A stretch of DNA of 64,000 nt from Antedon mediterranea. Lineage: Eukaryota > Animalia > Echinodermata. Positions 62,667 to 64,000 of this stretch are shown in pieces. Location of the stretch: contig NC_092680.1 of NCBI RefSeq assembly GCF_964355755.1, positions 1,674,001-1,738,000 on the forward strand. Reading direction: 5' to 3'. Positions within the stretch are counted from its first letter, which is position 1, and each line of letters begins with the position of its first letter. The notes under the pieces were generated by a model that was not told the origin of the DNA, made no database searches, and saw only the letters and a list, made by a program, of their open reading frames with translations. The position numbers were made by a program, and so were the translations under genes.

Positions 62667-64000
62667 TTACCTGTGACTGGTTCCAACAGTTGCATAGGTA
62701 TGTCAATAGGTACTATCTGAAATGAGAAAGTATTGTACCATTGCATAGTCTTTGATGTTTCTTACCTGTGATTGGTTACAACAGTCTTGCATTGGTATGT
62801 CCATATCTGAAAACGAAAAATATAAAGAAATTTAATTATACCATTACATATTTGATGTTTCTTACCTGTGATTGGTTCCAACAGCCTTGCATCAGTATGT
62901 CCATATCTGAAAAGGGAAAAAAAGAAATTTAATTATACCATGCATAGGCTTTGATATTTCTTACCTGTGATTGGTTCCAACAGCCTTGCATTGGTATGTC
63001 CATATCTGAAAAGGGAAAATATAAAGAAATTTATTATACAATTGTATAGATTTTGATGTTTCTTACCTGTGATTTGTTCCAACAGTCTTTCATCTGTATG
63101 TATATCTGAAAACAGAAAATATAAAGAAATGTAATTATACCATTGCATAGGCTTTGATGTTTCTTACCTGTGATTGGTTCCAACAGTCTTGAAGTGGTAT
63201 GTGCATATCTGAAATGAGGAAGTTTAAAGAAAATTATTATACCATTGCATAGGCTTTGATATTTCTTACCTGTGATTGGTTCCAACAGCCTTGCATCGGT
63301 ATGTCCATATCTGAAAAGGGAAAATATAAAGAAATGTAATTATACCATTGCATAGGCTTTGATGTTTCTTACCTGTGATTGGTTCCAACAGTCTTGAAGT
63401 GGTATGTCCATATCTGAAAAATGAAAATATGAAGAAATTTATTTATACCATTGCTTAGACTTGATATTTCTTACCTGTGATTGGTTCCAACAGCCTTGCA
63501 TTGGTATGTCCCTATCTGAAAAGGGAAAATATAAAAAAATTTAATTATACCATTGCATAGCCTTTGATATTTCTTACCTGTGATTGGTTCCAACAGTCTT
63601 GCATTGGTATGTCCATATCTGAAAAGGGAAAACATGAAAACATTTGATTTTACCAATACATCTTTGATGTTTCTTACCTGTAATTGGTTGCAACAGTCTT
63701 GCATTGGTATATCCATATCTGAAAAGGAAAAATATAAAGACATTTAGTATATCATTGCATAGCCGTTGATATTTCTTACCTGTGATTGGTTCCACCTGTC
63801 TTGCATTGGTATGCCCATATCTGAAAAGGGAAAATATAAAGAAATTTAATTATACCATTGCATAGGCTTTGGTGTTTCTTACCTGTGATTGGTTCCTACA
63901 GTCTTGCATCGATATATCCATATCTGAAAAGGGAAAATATGAAAAAATTTAATTATACCATTGCATAGACTTGATATTTCTTACCTGTGATTGGTTCCAA
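62667..64000 (-). repeat. ~99-103-bp satellite whose monomers each look like an intron plus a 41-nt micro-exon; runs off the window
   Basis: On the minus strand each unit reads ...tttcag|ATATGGACATACCAATGCAAG(A/G)CTGTTGGAACCAATCACAG|gtaag...; 13 complete units plus one partial. Confidence 0.9.

Overview
AT-rich, intron-rich eukaryotic DNA from an invertebrate animal. A marine deuterostome such as an echinoderm is a guess from the Deu/Nin-type SINE and gene content; it cannot be proven here. Most ORFs in the supplied track are spurious or single exons. Splicing by eye gives seven protein-coding genes: SMC5 (-), a CFAP141/C1orf189-like cilia gene (-) with an RFX X-box, a small secreted signal-propeptide-EGF precursor (+), an RNF115/RNF126-type RING-H2 ligase (-), an almost intronless ankyrin-repeat + Mab-21/cGAS-like (cGLR) nucleotidyltransferase (+), a semaphorin (-) head-to-head with OSTF1 (+). 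Introns hold many MITEs, a Helentron-type element, SINEs and minisatellites. The most unusual items are (1) the ANK-cGLR with an intact catalytic triad and nearby kB-like sites, (2) a ~102-bp satellite at the right end in which every monomer has a canonical acceptor, a 41-nt micro-exon and a canonical donor, (3) the toxin-like EGF peptide precursor and (4) a minimal hammerhead ribozyme motif in a 143-nt repeat. Coordinates were counted by hand and exon edges may be off by a few bases.
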